Assembly (NCBI GenBank): GCA_028023455.1
Contig: JAQFVV010000009.1
Coordinates: forward strand, 15,562,001 to 15,626,000
From: Epiperipatus broadwayi
Lineage: Eukaryota; Animalia; Onychophora
Reading direction: 5' to 3'
DNA length: 64,000 nt
The stretch's first letter is position 1; each line of letters starts with the position of its first letter. A model generated the notes under the pieces. That model did no database searches. It was not told the origin of the DNA and saw only the letters and a list, made by a program, of their open reading frames with translations. This document shows, piece by piece, positions 14,076 through 25,300 of this stretch. Position numbers and translations under genes: made by a program.

Positions 14076-14994
14076 TTGCTACAGTTCGCTAAAGTTCAAT
14101 TCCCACGATGTTCTTTCAGGCTGGCTGCTACAAAAACGGTTCACAATGGGTATACCTTAGCCCCAGTCCAGTTTAGCTGTACACAAACTCTTCGTAGTAA
14201 GCACTGGACTAATGCCAGATAACTCTTACTGGAATCGAACAGTAACTCTACTGTAGATGCACTCAATACTGTCTGCTACTCGCTACTGCATGACTGCTCT
14301 CTACTACTCTCTATATTACACTGCATAGTTGTTACCCAGTCTTCTTATCGCTTTCTGATAACTGCCACATTGTCCAATAAGCGACGGTCTCTTATCTAGA
14401 AACATTTGCAATCAGCAAATATTTCTTGGAATTGTCGATCGCCATTACATCAATGTCTTAATTAAATTCCACAGTCATCAGCACGTGATCTAAAACAACC
14501 TCTCAAATAAATTCTAGTTTTTCTGGAGTGCACAAACATGTCTGCCATTTTTACAAAACTCTACACCTCCCTCCACTCCAGAAAAACCCTTGTTGCTATT
14601 CCTTGGTGTTTTGTTGTTGTTTTTCTATTCCTACTTTCTTGTTATTTCACTCAGAAATGTTCGATTTAACTGCTGCTGAAACTTTTTCGCCAGTTACATT
14701 CAATAGTGACTGCACAAGCGTGGTGGGACTCAGCTTCCGGTGTTGACTGCGCAAGCATTTTATTTCCAAACTTTCACTTCCATAGTTAACATTATACTAA
14801 CTGGGATTTCCATTTTCACCAGGTTTCTCCGTCTATAGCTAAACTTGTTGTTCAAAACTTATTCGCTACTCACAGGTTCCAAATGCGACTGTGCCAATGT
14901 TCTATCCACCAGTCTGACTGTGCCAATGTTATATCCGCAAGTATGACTGTGCAGTCAGCAAATAGCTATGTTCAATTCCCACAATGTTCTCTTG

Positions 14995-15292
14995 CAACAA
15001 ATGCTCTGCTGCAGATGCTCTCCAAACGAATGGTCTGCAATGAATGCTCTGAATAAACTCTGTATTCTCTGCAATGGATGCTCTCCAACGAATGGTCTGC
15101 AACGAATGCTCAGCCATGGATGCTCTCCAATGAATGGTCGGCACTGAATGCTCTGCAACGGATACTCTGCAAATGGATGCTCTCCAACGAATGCTCTGCC
15201 ATGGATGATCTCCAACGAATGGTCTGCACCGAATGCTCTCCAACAAATGGTCTGCAAATGGATGCTCTTCAAACGAATGGTCTGCAACGAGT
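14995..15292. repeat. Second copy of the ~14-bp minisatellite with a different unit number
   Basis: Same units, longer array than at 13830-14075. Confidence 0.9.
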
Positions 15293-15549
15293 CTAGTGCT
15301 ACAGTTCGCTAAAGTTCAATTCCCGTGATGTTCTTTCAGGCTGGCTGCTACAAAAACGGTTCACAATGGGCATACCTTAGCCCCAGTCCAGTTTAGCTGT
15401 ACATGAACTCTTCATAGTAGGCACTGTGACTGATGCCAAATATCTCCTACTGGAATCGAACAGTAACTCTACTGTAGATGCACTCAATACTGTCTGCTAC
15501 TCACTACTGCGTGACTGCTCTCTACTACTCTTTATATTACACTGCGTAG

Positions 15550-18170
15550 TGTACCGGTCGAAAATGTATGCCCATCCAACAAGATTTAGAATCCAGGCAA
15601 AAATACCTCGAATCCAATCATGCGCAAGATACACAGGTCAGGAGCAATCATGAATTCTAACCGATTTGCTCATTCCCCAAATCTATAACATTATGAACAA
15701 CACCCACGGTGATACCACATAAATTCATTACATCCTGGCCCGGTGCTATGTTTTACATGAGACTCAACTGGTGATTATGATGAGAGATTGAGTGAACCCC
15801 AAGTTATTAAGTTACAAGTATACATAAATACAATATTAATAATAAGATTCGAACAACTGGATTAAGTTTAAAATATAAATATTTATTTTAACATAATTGA
15901 TGATGATTTTATATATATATAATTGACTCGATACTTATAAAACTGTTTTGATCATACACATTAAAGGATATTATTACGGTTATATTGACAAATATTAAGT
16001 TAGTGCGGCGGTTACAAGAGGCAGATTTATCGGAATGGTTTGGTGGTCGTTTTACACATAAAATACATTTATAAAGTTATAATCGAGTTTCGCTAATTAA
16101 AAGATTTTAATACATAAGTTTATTGTTTTATTTAGATTCTTTTAATACATAAGGTTATTGTTTTTATTTCGATATTTCATTTATAATAATTTCAATGCGG
16201 ATACATTTTTGATCGGCAGTATAAAACATTATTTCTTTTATATTTTCAACATTTAATGATAAGATATAGCGAATACTCAATATTTGCGGGAAAAGTTTAT
16301 TTCAGTAAAGAGGGAGGGCAGCTTCATGAGAAGTTGGGTTTAAACACCAACAAATATAGAGAAAACAGAACGTTTAATTATCGCATATTATTAAGATTTA
16401 CTTTGCTGAACAGGCTGGAAACTAACTGTAAGAGATGGTGGTGCTAGCATAATATCAACGAGAGGAAGGTCATTCTCCAATTTTATATAACGATGGTACA
16501 CACCAGGTTTCTGCTGAGACTGTACAGGAAGAAGAGGTTTGGTAGGAAGATACTATAGGCCGGACCGCGGCAAACTATACTTTGCTTCATCTACTCTAAC
16601 CTGGACGATCTAGAAGTAAACGTAGACTTTATGATGAGGATATGAATGACGAAGCTTTGAATCCCTGGAATGAGGTACAGGCGATTCAAAGCATGATATA
16701 TACTTGGAGGAGAGAATGATTAGCGAAATGATCGTGATTCCCTGGAATGAGGTACAGGCGAATCAAATCGAAGCCGTATATGGCTTATAAATAATTAGAT
16801 ATATTCTAGCAACGCTATCATAATAATATAAAATTAATAAATTTAACTATTAAAGAAAAGCCTTGGTTTAACAAATACACACTAACATGCGAGTAGTAAT
16901 GACCTACATAATATAAAGTCATTGATTATGAATTAACTAATATTAATGAAGCTTGCAGTGCTCCCAACTTTCTGAATCAATATTTAAACATAAGCAAAAC
17001 TATAAGAGTGCAATTTATTAAACAAATTTAAGTCACCAGACTTAGTGGCGATGATGATCAATAAGAAATTTATAACACCAACGGACACCAATAGCCACCC
17101 CGGATTGCAAAATATTTATACGTTTCGTATAAATTTACGACAAAACATTTAGATAAAAAAAAATATTCATTTAAAATATAACCCAAACTTACAAAGTATT
17201 TAAAGTAATTAATAAGAACTCATTTTAACTCCCCACCCCTTCCCTGTTTAAAAGAAGTTCGTAAGATTAAGTTTTTAGAGGCGTTTATCACTAAAGGAAG
17301 AAAATATAAAAATATTATTAAACTTAAATCATAACCGCACTAACTAATAAAAATAATAATAAGCGTGAGTTGGATTGCATAACAATTAGGCAGCAAAGAA
17401 TTGATATAAATGGTTAACAAATAACGAAATTATTATCTTACAAATTAAATTACAGTAAAAAGTGGATTTGGCTGGTTACCTCAGGATTCTTTGGAAGCAT
17501 TGGCGAATCTGCTGCGGCAGGCGGCATTCTTTGGGGCTACATTGCGGCAAAGCTTGGTTGAAGACGGCAGACGGCAACTTGGTTCTCCCAAATTTCAAAT
17601 GGACGTGAAGTCCCCTAGCAACGTCTGACCCAACTCTAACATAACAAATTTGTAGCTTTATTTATATCAGTTTTTGTCCCCTTAGAGAATATTCTAAAAT
17701 AGATTTCCTGCCTCAAATGGATCTCTATTTTAGGAGAATCTTTACTCTATTGTTAGTAAAGATTCAGTTTTAAGATAACTGTCTAAAATCCATTCAAATC
17801 GATTTCCTGCTTGGAAATGGATTTGAATAAACAATGTTAATAGCTAATTAAAATGTATTAGCTTTGTTTTAATTTTTACTTTTTTAATTTTAATTTACAA
17901 TTTCCTGGTTTAAAATCATAAGACCAACTCCCCACCCCCTTAATTATTTCAGACAGTTATCTTGAATTTACATTTTATGTTATGAAAAAAAATAGATTAC
18001 AACATATTAAAATAGACAAATACAATTTTAAAAAATATACAAAATTACCTACTTATTTTACTTATGTATATACACTACTATAATATACGTTTTATATATA
18101 AAAAAACATGATGGCACGTGGACAGTGTTTGAAGGTGAAACTCGACCTTGAACTAAGGTCGACTGTTTCA
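15550..18170 (-). mobile_element. TG...CA element copy 1 (2.6 kb; solo-LTR-like or Ginger-like non-autonomous), 4-bp TSD GTAG
   Basis: Ends TGTACCGGTCGA / TCGACTGTTTCA; GTAG at 15546-15549 and 18171-18174; empty-site paralogue at ~14325; colinear with 32112-35087; TATAAATA 17659-17666 and donor GAG|GTAAC 17480 on minus. Confidence 0.85.
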
Positions 18171-21100
18171 GTAGTTGTTACCCAGTCTTCTTATCGCTTT
18201 CTGATAACTGCAACATTGTCCAATAAGGCACGGACTCTTATCTAGAAATATTTGCAATCAGCAAATATTTCTTGGAATTGTCAATCACCATTACATCAAT
18301 GTCTTAATTAAATTCCACAGTTATCAGCGCGCGATCTAAAACAACCTCTCTAATAAATTCTAGTTTTTCTGGAGTGCACAAACATGTCTGCCATTTTTAC
18401 AAAATTCTTCACAAACCATTACTTTACTTTCAGTAACTCAGGATCCAAGATTACTATTTCTGCCAATACAAGGATTAAAGTCTTCAAGAAGAAAAATTTG
18501 GTCTTTTAAAGATATTGAGGTAATAACATTATTCAGTAAGGAATAAAAGTTGTTTTTTTCTGAACTATCTAATCTAATACTTAAATATAAGTATTTATAA
18601 AATGTGCATAAATAACATTGAACAAAGCAAGTGTCAATATTATTAGCCTTTCATTAATATATTTTAAAAATTCATGATTATGAGATAAATAAGTCTGATG
18701 TCATGCATTTTTATTTCAGTGGATAATCTGCTTTTTGCAAAAAAAATTCTAACCATCTATTTGTTTAATTAAACTTCCTTTTTTTTTTTTAATGAATTTT
18801 ACTAAGAGAAGCTATTTATAAGAACTTTTCCATTCAGATCTTGAAAAGTTTGTATCATGAAAAATTCACATGTTATATGTATCTATATTTTGAAAAAAAA
18901 TTGAATTAAAATACTTGCCTTTATTACTAATACTGCTCTTTGCTTTATCACCATTATCATTATTGATTTTACGATTAATTCTACTATTTTAATAAATGAT
19001 TCAATAAGCCCAGTAACTTAGTGAGATTGTGAAATAGACTATTGTTAGACCTCTTTACTAGATTCTTTCAACTTCTGCAGTAAGCAGAAAAAATTACTAA
19101 TTAGGGCTATGAAAACATCTAAGGACTTCCATTTACTACACCCATCTCTTTGATTGCTTTCTCATTGCTGGAAATAAAAAATTAGATCAATTTACTATAT
19201 GTGTATACTTAAAGAATGACAATGTGATTGCACAATCTCATTGTTAGATCAATGATGTTTAAGCCCTGTATTAAGTAATGAAAACAGTAACAAAAATAAC
19301 AGACAGAATTATTTGTATTGGAAACAGCCTGCAATTTTTGATGAACCATCTTGTTGATACTTGCTGATTATTGATTATTTACACCTAATCCTCATATCTA
19401 AAGGTCATTCCACTATCTCCCACCTTTAAACCTATTAGTCTGAGTACAATATCCAATTGAAAAATTATTACTGCACAGTAATAATCTAATATTAAAATCT
19501 GTCTGGGCATAAACAATATTTTAACTTGGTTGAGAGAGAGAGAAAAAGATTTTTAATATGCTGAAAAGAAATTCTTTTTTAAAAAATAAAACTTTTTAAT
19601 TTATTATATGATCATTGGTAGAATGCCATCTGATAGAGTGAGCGAAATTGTTTCTTTTAAATAATTACATTTTATATTCTCTCTGTTTATTAAATTTTCT
19701 CAGTTAAAAATATTCATTTTTGAAAATAAACAATTGTAAAGTTTATTGTTGCTGTCGATCAAAATTTTTAAATACCCAAACAATTTTTTTCAGTTGATCA
19801 AACTGAATTATTTTTTATTCAGCTGAGTTTTGATTCAGAAACCTTTAAGGTTTTGAGCATTCTATCTCTACACTAAATTACATAAAGAATTTAAATAATA
19901 TATGCTTGTTGTGGATTTTTTAAAGCTTAAATATAGTTCTAAATATTGAGATGCTAGAATAAATTGTGTTAAGGTATACCAATTTCTACCTATGATCATA
20001 ATATCCTATTGCCAAGTTACTCAACCTGCCTATAGGTGAAAGTATATTTATCCAATAAAATTATTTTATAGATAATAAAAAAAACATCATTTATTTATTC
20101 CATATTATTAATTCTAAGTTGGTTTATAAGTTTTTAATCAACATAGTAAAAAGTTTTTTTTTAAATTAACTTTTTCACAGGTGATTAAACATAATTATGA
20201 CAATTTTTGATGTTACTTTTAATTATATATATACATGCAATTTAAATTTAGAAAATTAAATTATTTTTTATAATAATTAATATGTAAATGAGGCATTTAT
20301 TTATATAGCGCTATGTTTATAAATTGTAATAAACTAAAGAGTGACGTTTCGTAAATTCTAGATAATTTCGTTGACGTCATTCATTCAGACATAGTAAACA
20401 GTAATTTAAAGTGATTGATTTATCCTCATGCTTTCATATCCAGTACTTAAGATTTGCCCATATATAAGCATTTGGGTTGAATGAATAAGTGGATTCATTT
20501 ATTCGTTCGCAAAGACTTTATCTTGTGTTGGAAATGAAAGTATTCATTTATTATTATTAACATTCGTAAATGTGCATGTACATTAGCTTGAAAGGCTAAT
20601 CTTTAGTTCATTACAATAATTAATATGGTAAAAGTTAGTTAATATTTTTAAAAAATTAAATCATTTAAAAATTTATTTACATGTTTAATTTATATTTAGG
20701 TTTAAAAAATAACAACATATATCTGAGCTTTCAATTTATGATAGTTTGCCACATGGGTTGTTTTACAACAAAAAAAAAAAACATTGGTACATAAAAAATT
20801 AAAATATACTTTATTTTTATTAATAAAATATTGAAATAAATGAAAATATTTTTGCAATGTACAAATAAGCTTTCACATTAAATTAAAAATTGCCTTTCTT
20901 CTTTACAAGCATAATATAAAAAGTTCCTGTTATACTGCGCCAAGCCAAAAAAAATTAAAATTTTACTGATTCACTGATTAGACCTGCTATCTTGATATAA
21001 AAATGAAAACTAAAATATACATTTTTTTATTTTCTTTAATGATCCTTCCTGAATAAACAAGATGGAATAAGCAGCATCATTCTATTAAGCATCCAGAATC

Positions 21101-21197
21101 AGTGGTGCAAAAGCTAACAATTGACAAATAATGTTCCAGTTTTAATATCAGCAGTGAACATTATTGTTTAATAAATATGTATTGTGTTATTTTTTAG

Positions 21198-21266
21198 AAG
21201 ATAAAGTATGCATAAATTAGTTAAATCAGAGAATCAGGAAATTGATGGTAAATTTGACCTTCACTG
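21198..21266 (+). CDS. Weak candidate host exon (ATG 21208, MHKLVKSENQEIDGKFDLH.., phase 2)
   Basis: Acceptor TTTTTAG| at 21197, open frame, donor CTG|GTAAG at 21266/21267; no recognisable homology. Confidence 0.25.
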
Positions 21267-21488
21267 GTAAGGTGAATCATATTACCCTTATGATCTTGTT
21301 TAGTATTTAAAATTGGTTTTAAAATAAAGAAATCAAGATTGTTTTGTAAAAAAAATTTATTGAACTATTTATGATTAAATCAGGCAAAACTTTCCATACA
21401 GTACTGCCATTCAATGCAAGTCAGAGTAATCAATGGATGCCAGAAGGCTTGTGCATAAAATCCCTACTAGTGCCTACTCGTCCAATAT

Positions 21489-21528
21489 CCCCAGATTAAT
21501 TTCTAACTTGTGGCTTTCATCAGTGAGG
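21489..21528 (-). ncRNA. Minimal type I hammerhead ribozyme (AUC triplet)
   Basis: CCTCA-CTGATGA-AAGCCACAAGTTA-GAAAT-TA-ATC-TGGGG; stem III palindrome ATTAAT, stem I CCTCA/TGGGG. Confidence 0.7.
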
Positions 21529-21922
21529 AACCTTGGATCTGAGAGCACTGCATCTAGATCTTAGGATCTAAGGCAAACCTCCAGTAGCCACCTTTTATCT
21601 CTACTTAACCATAAAACTATGAGTCTAAAATTGAAAACAATATTTTCAATGCAAGCTCATTAGCTTATATAGTCATAAAGATCTGAATTCAGTTCAGTAC
21701 CCATACATTTTGGTGTCTTAGATTCTTTAATAACCATCCTTTTAGGTAGGATTGGTTTTTAGCCAATAAACATCACACGATCACCATTTTGTATGCTTGC
21801 TCATAATTGTTATTAAAACAGGCAAAACTATCCATACAGTAATGCCACTCAATGCAATCCAATCAATGGATGCTAGAAAGCTTGTGTATAAAATCCCTAT
21901 CTAGTGCCTAGTCATCCAATAT

Positions 21923-21962
21923 CTCCAGACTAGTTTCTAGCCTGTGGCTTTCTTCAGTGAGG
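21923..21962 (-). ncRNA. Minimal type I hammerhead ribozyme, intact core (GUC triplet)
   Basis: CCTCA-CTGAAGA-AAGC-CACAG-GCTA-GAAAC-TA-GTC-TGGAG; palindromic stem III ACTAGT typical of dimer-dependent PLE/retrozyme hammerheads. Confidence 0.8.
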
Positions 21963-22338
21963 AGCCTTGGACCTGAGAGCACTGCATCTATATCTTAGGC
22001 TCTAATGCACTGAGTGGCACTACTGCATGGAGAGGTTTGCCTGTTTTAATAACAGTTATGAGCAAGCACAAGAAGTGGTGATCATGTGATGTTTAGAGGT
22101 TTAACACCAATGCTGCTTAATATGATAATGGTGGCTGTGGTTATTAAAGAACCTAAGACACCAAAATATATGGGTACTGAACTAAGTTCAAACCTACATG
22201 ACTAAATAAGCTAATGAGCTTGCATTGAAAATATTGTGTTCAATTTTAGACTCATAGTTTTGTAGTTAAGTAGAGATGGAAGGTGGCTGCTGAAGGGTTG
22301 CATTAGATCCTAAGATCTAGGTGCAGTGTTCTGGAGCT

Positions 22339-22378
22339 CCTCATTGATGAAAGCAACAAGCTAAAAACTAGTCTGGGG
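22339..22378 (+). ncRNA. Mutated hammerhead copy
   Basis: CCTCA-TTGATGA-AAGCAACAAGCTA-AAAAC-TA-GTC-TGGGG; two core substitutions. Confidence 0.6.
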
Positions 22379-25300
22379 ATATTGGATGAGTAGGCACTAG
22401 ATAGGGATTTTATGCACAAGCCTTCCAGAATCCATTGATTACTCTGACTTGCACTGAGTGGCATTACTGTATGGAGAGTTTTGCCTGTTTTAATAACAGT
22501 TATGAGCAAGCATAAGAAATGGTGATCATGTGATGTTTATGATTAAATCATTAATTTTTTTTTCTTTACCTACTGTAAAGTATTTTCTATACTGATGTTA
22601 TTTTTCCATTTGATTACAAATATCAATGTCTATGTTTCTAATCACTTTTTTGAACAATATTAAATAAGTTACATTTATATACTTAATTTAGAACTGTGTT
22701 GTGTTGTATAACGTCATGTTACAAGAAAAGGCAAATTAACACTGATGATGATTGAGAATTTTCTGTTTACCAATTACTCTCTTTATTTTTGTAAACTTAA
22801 TCACTATATACTGAACTGCACCCTTTAACTAAAAGCATTGTTGTTTTATAGAATCTATACCTTTATTTTCACTAGTATCTGTTTTAGTTGCATAATTGCA
22901 TTGACTACATGTGTCAAATACCATCACAGTTTTAAGATATTTCTACTACATATTTTTATATATTGTTAATTTATTCTCATTTTATAACTATTGATCACAT
23001 TATATAAGATCTTATATATATATAAGTGTTTGCTATATGATAATTTATCATTGAATAGATTGTGAAAAATAAAAAACAAAACATTATATGGGATGTGAAA
23101 ATATAAATGCTTAAAACCAACAAAGATAGATTTCAAATGATGTGTGTGTGGACATGAAATAGTATGCAGGCAAAGAATCAAATTCTGATTCTTGCCCATG
23201 CCTTGGTACTCATGCTGTGAAGTCAGTAGTTTTGCCGCATCTTGCATCACATATTTTCAATTCTATAGCTAGCAAATGAGGTATATGCAAATAAATTATA
23301 TCTCTGTGGGACAATAAATATAACAAGATAGCATCACTGGTGTGCATAAAGAATATAAACATCACTGATGCACACAAAGAATATAAAATGAAGAGATCAA
23401 ACTCATTTTTATCAGTGATACAGACAATAACCTACAATTTCTAGTTTTAGATAGACAAGAAGCCAATGATGACAAATGCATATCCATCTCTGGAAATGAT
23501 TTGTATTGTATCTTTTATTAGGATGAATCTTTTTCTTATAGATGCCTTTGAGATTTGGTAACTTTTGGAATGCAAGATAAAAATGAAGAATTCATATGCG
23601 ACTTATTTTGGAGATTCTGAAGGTATGGATTATCTCAAGTAAAAAGTATTATATATGGTTTGAAAGATAATTTTGTGAGGAATACAAAGAAATTATCAAT
23701 AAAGATGCAATTTAAACTTAGTTAATGATAAATTATGAACAAACAATAAAATAATAATTATGTCGAATGTTGAAATTTCGTTTTTTTCCCTTATTTTTTA
23801 AATAGTTATTATTATTTATCTTAGTCTTATTGTTTTCCTTAGTTTTTCTAGTTTCTATCAATGTAAAGCTTTTTGCTCTAACATTATTAAAACTGAAGTG
23901 AAAATTGTGTCTCAAGCCAGTTTTTTTTTTAAATTTAGTATGGCGGCCTGGACATTAAACAAGTTAAACTCCTTATCTAACAGATATAAAGTTATTTTTT
24001 TCCTTGTAAATAAAAATAATTATACATCATTTAACCCTTACTGTTCAGTGTTTATATTTAATTTCTCTCTATATTTTGTATTTTTGTTCGTGTACATGTT
24101 GTTTTTTAATGCCTACTTTTTAATTTTTAGCCTGTCTTTTTTAATTCACCTGACTTCTGTTTTAATTTATCTTATAAGTAAGTTATTTATTTATCGTCTC
24201 AATGTATCATACCCATCAGTTGACTTGCATTCAATGTTTGATTTGAGGTTTATCTTTTTATGGCAGGGTGTGTTCATCTGTTGTTACCCAAGTAAATCCA
24301 TCAGGGTTGTATACTATGGAAAGTTTGAGAAGAGTAAATTCCCAAAAAAAAAATTTTTTTTTTTAAATTCTCCAGTCCATTGGCTGGACCTCTGAAGAAA
24401 TTTCTGTTTCATGCCTGTAAAGTCTGAGCACCAGAATTTAACAGTCTGGTGGATCTATGATTTATCACCCATAGTTGGCTGCAACAGAATGTAATGGTCC
24501 TTTTTTTACCACAAGAGGCAGAACACATTTCACTATGGTCAGGCCTAGGTTCTTCAGGAAGTATGCTGTGAATGACACAATGAAGTACCTAACCAATGAT
24601 CATATCTACCTCCAATGGGCTAGCTCTAAGTTTACACATTAAATTTAGGCTAATTTATCCATATCTGACCCCTCTTTTGAATACCATTACACCTCAGTAT
24701 TCAACTCAGGGAGAATGTTGCCTTCAGCTCTCTTCAAGGGTGAATTTACTTTGTATAACAACTATTGCACCTCTATATAGATTCCCATTGACTTAAGATG
24801 CATCCAACCCTATTACTGTATCATTATATATATATGGAAAAGATTTGTAGGTGTGCATATATATATATATATATATGGTCAAATAAATTGATGGATGTAT
24901 GTATGAATGATTCTGATAAACTAGAGACCAGTTAAATTTGAAATCAAATTAACAACTTTTATTAATAACAAATAAAATTTAAAACTCATTTAACATAATA
25001 AAAGATGCAGTTATATGTGTCAAGTGTGCATTTCTACCATTTCATCAATCAAAAGTATCCATTAGTCAACCCATACCCATGGTAGAGATACATATTTTAG
25101 CACTCACTATTTACAAAGCAAATTAAATGAATAAAAAAAAATCATGATTACATCGACCTTGAAGCTGGCTAATTAATTTGCAACTTTACATGAACATATA
25201 TATATATAATAGCCTCATGATTGAATTCCAATGACTGAGGTACCATCTTCTTTGGGACCCCCTGCCTAAGTATGATTGGGATGTTTGACAGTAAAGAACA

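Larger units (their letters stand above)
13736..18410. repeat. Tandemly duplicated ~1.1-kb unit inserted in the RTE LINE; copy 1 at 13736-14880, copy 2 at 14885-15549 plus 18171-18410
   Basis: Direct alignment of the copies; ACAAAC on both flanks; minus-strand degenerate ORF (RRLLDNVAVIRKR..W) loosely like the R4/Dong ORF N-terminus. Confidence 0.75.
10560..18800 (-). mobile_element. RTE (BovB/RTE-1-like) LINE broken by nested insertions; pieces at 18420-18800, 13500-13735 and 10560-12500
   Basis: IFLLEDFNPCIGR (~18450-18500, GDFNA motif); ORF 13521-13763 NSNDSLLLHIC..LTITNT..MYPHSKQCHLLDYI (APE endonuclease); ORF 11825-12064 GKAANPD..PDIKNASIVPLYK; DLQYAND (YADD) near 11375. Confidence 0.75.
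21379..22540. mobile_element. Retrozyme-like ~434-444 bp monomers in tandem, partly inverted, one hammerhead per monomer
   Basis: Monomer A 21379-21818 runs seamlessly into partial B (to ~22005), then inverted copies 22005-22540; hammerheads at 21489-21528, 21923-21962, 22339-22378. Confidence 0.8.

Noticed and set aside
13807-14115. CRISPR-like direct repeats
   Set aside because: Only two copies around a minisatellite, no unique spacers, eukaryotic context.
13654-15296. Many overlapping 65-110 aa Cys/His-rich ORFs on both strands
   Set aside because: They arise from a ~14-bp minisatellite whose unit is not a multiple of 3; not zinc-finger genes.
18140-18174. Helitron 3' hairpin or CRESS-virus origin interpretation
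   Set aside because: Clean 4-bp TSDs and TG..CA ends fit an integrase-type insertion; no CTRR end, no nonanucleotide, no Rep motifs.
20330-20400. TGACGTCA-containing promoter-like patch
   Set aside because: Lies inside a segment homologous to the 38.3-38.4 kb repeat, so probably TE-derived.
23521-23560. 36-nt phase-compatible micro-exon candidate (MNLFLIDAFEI)
   Set aside because: Easily arises by chance in AT-rich DNA; no homology support.
23898-24395. Longest ORF in the track (165 aa, Phe/Leu-rich)
   Set aside because: Composition reflects T-rich sequence; no domain or splice support.
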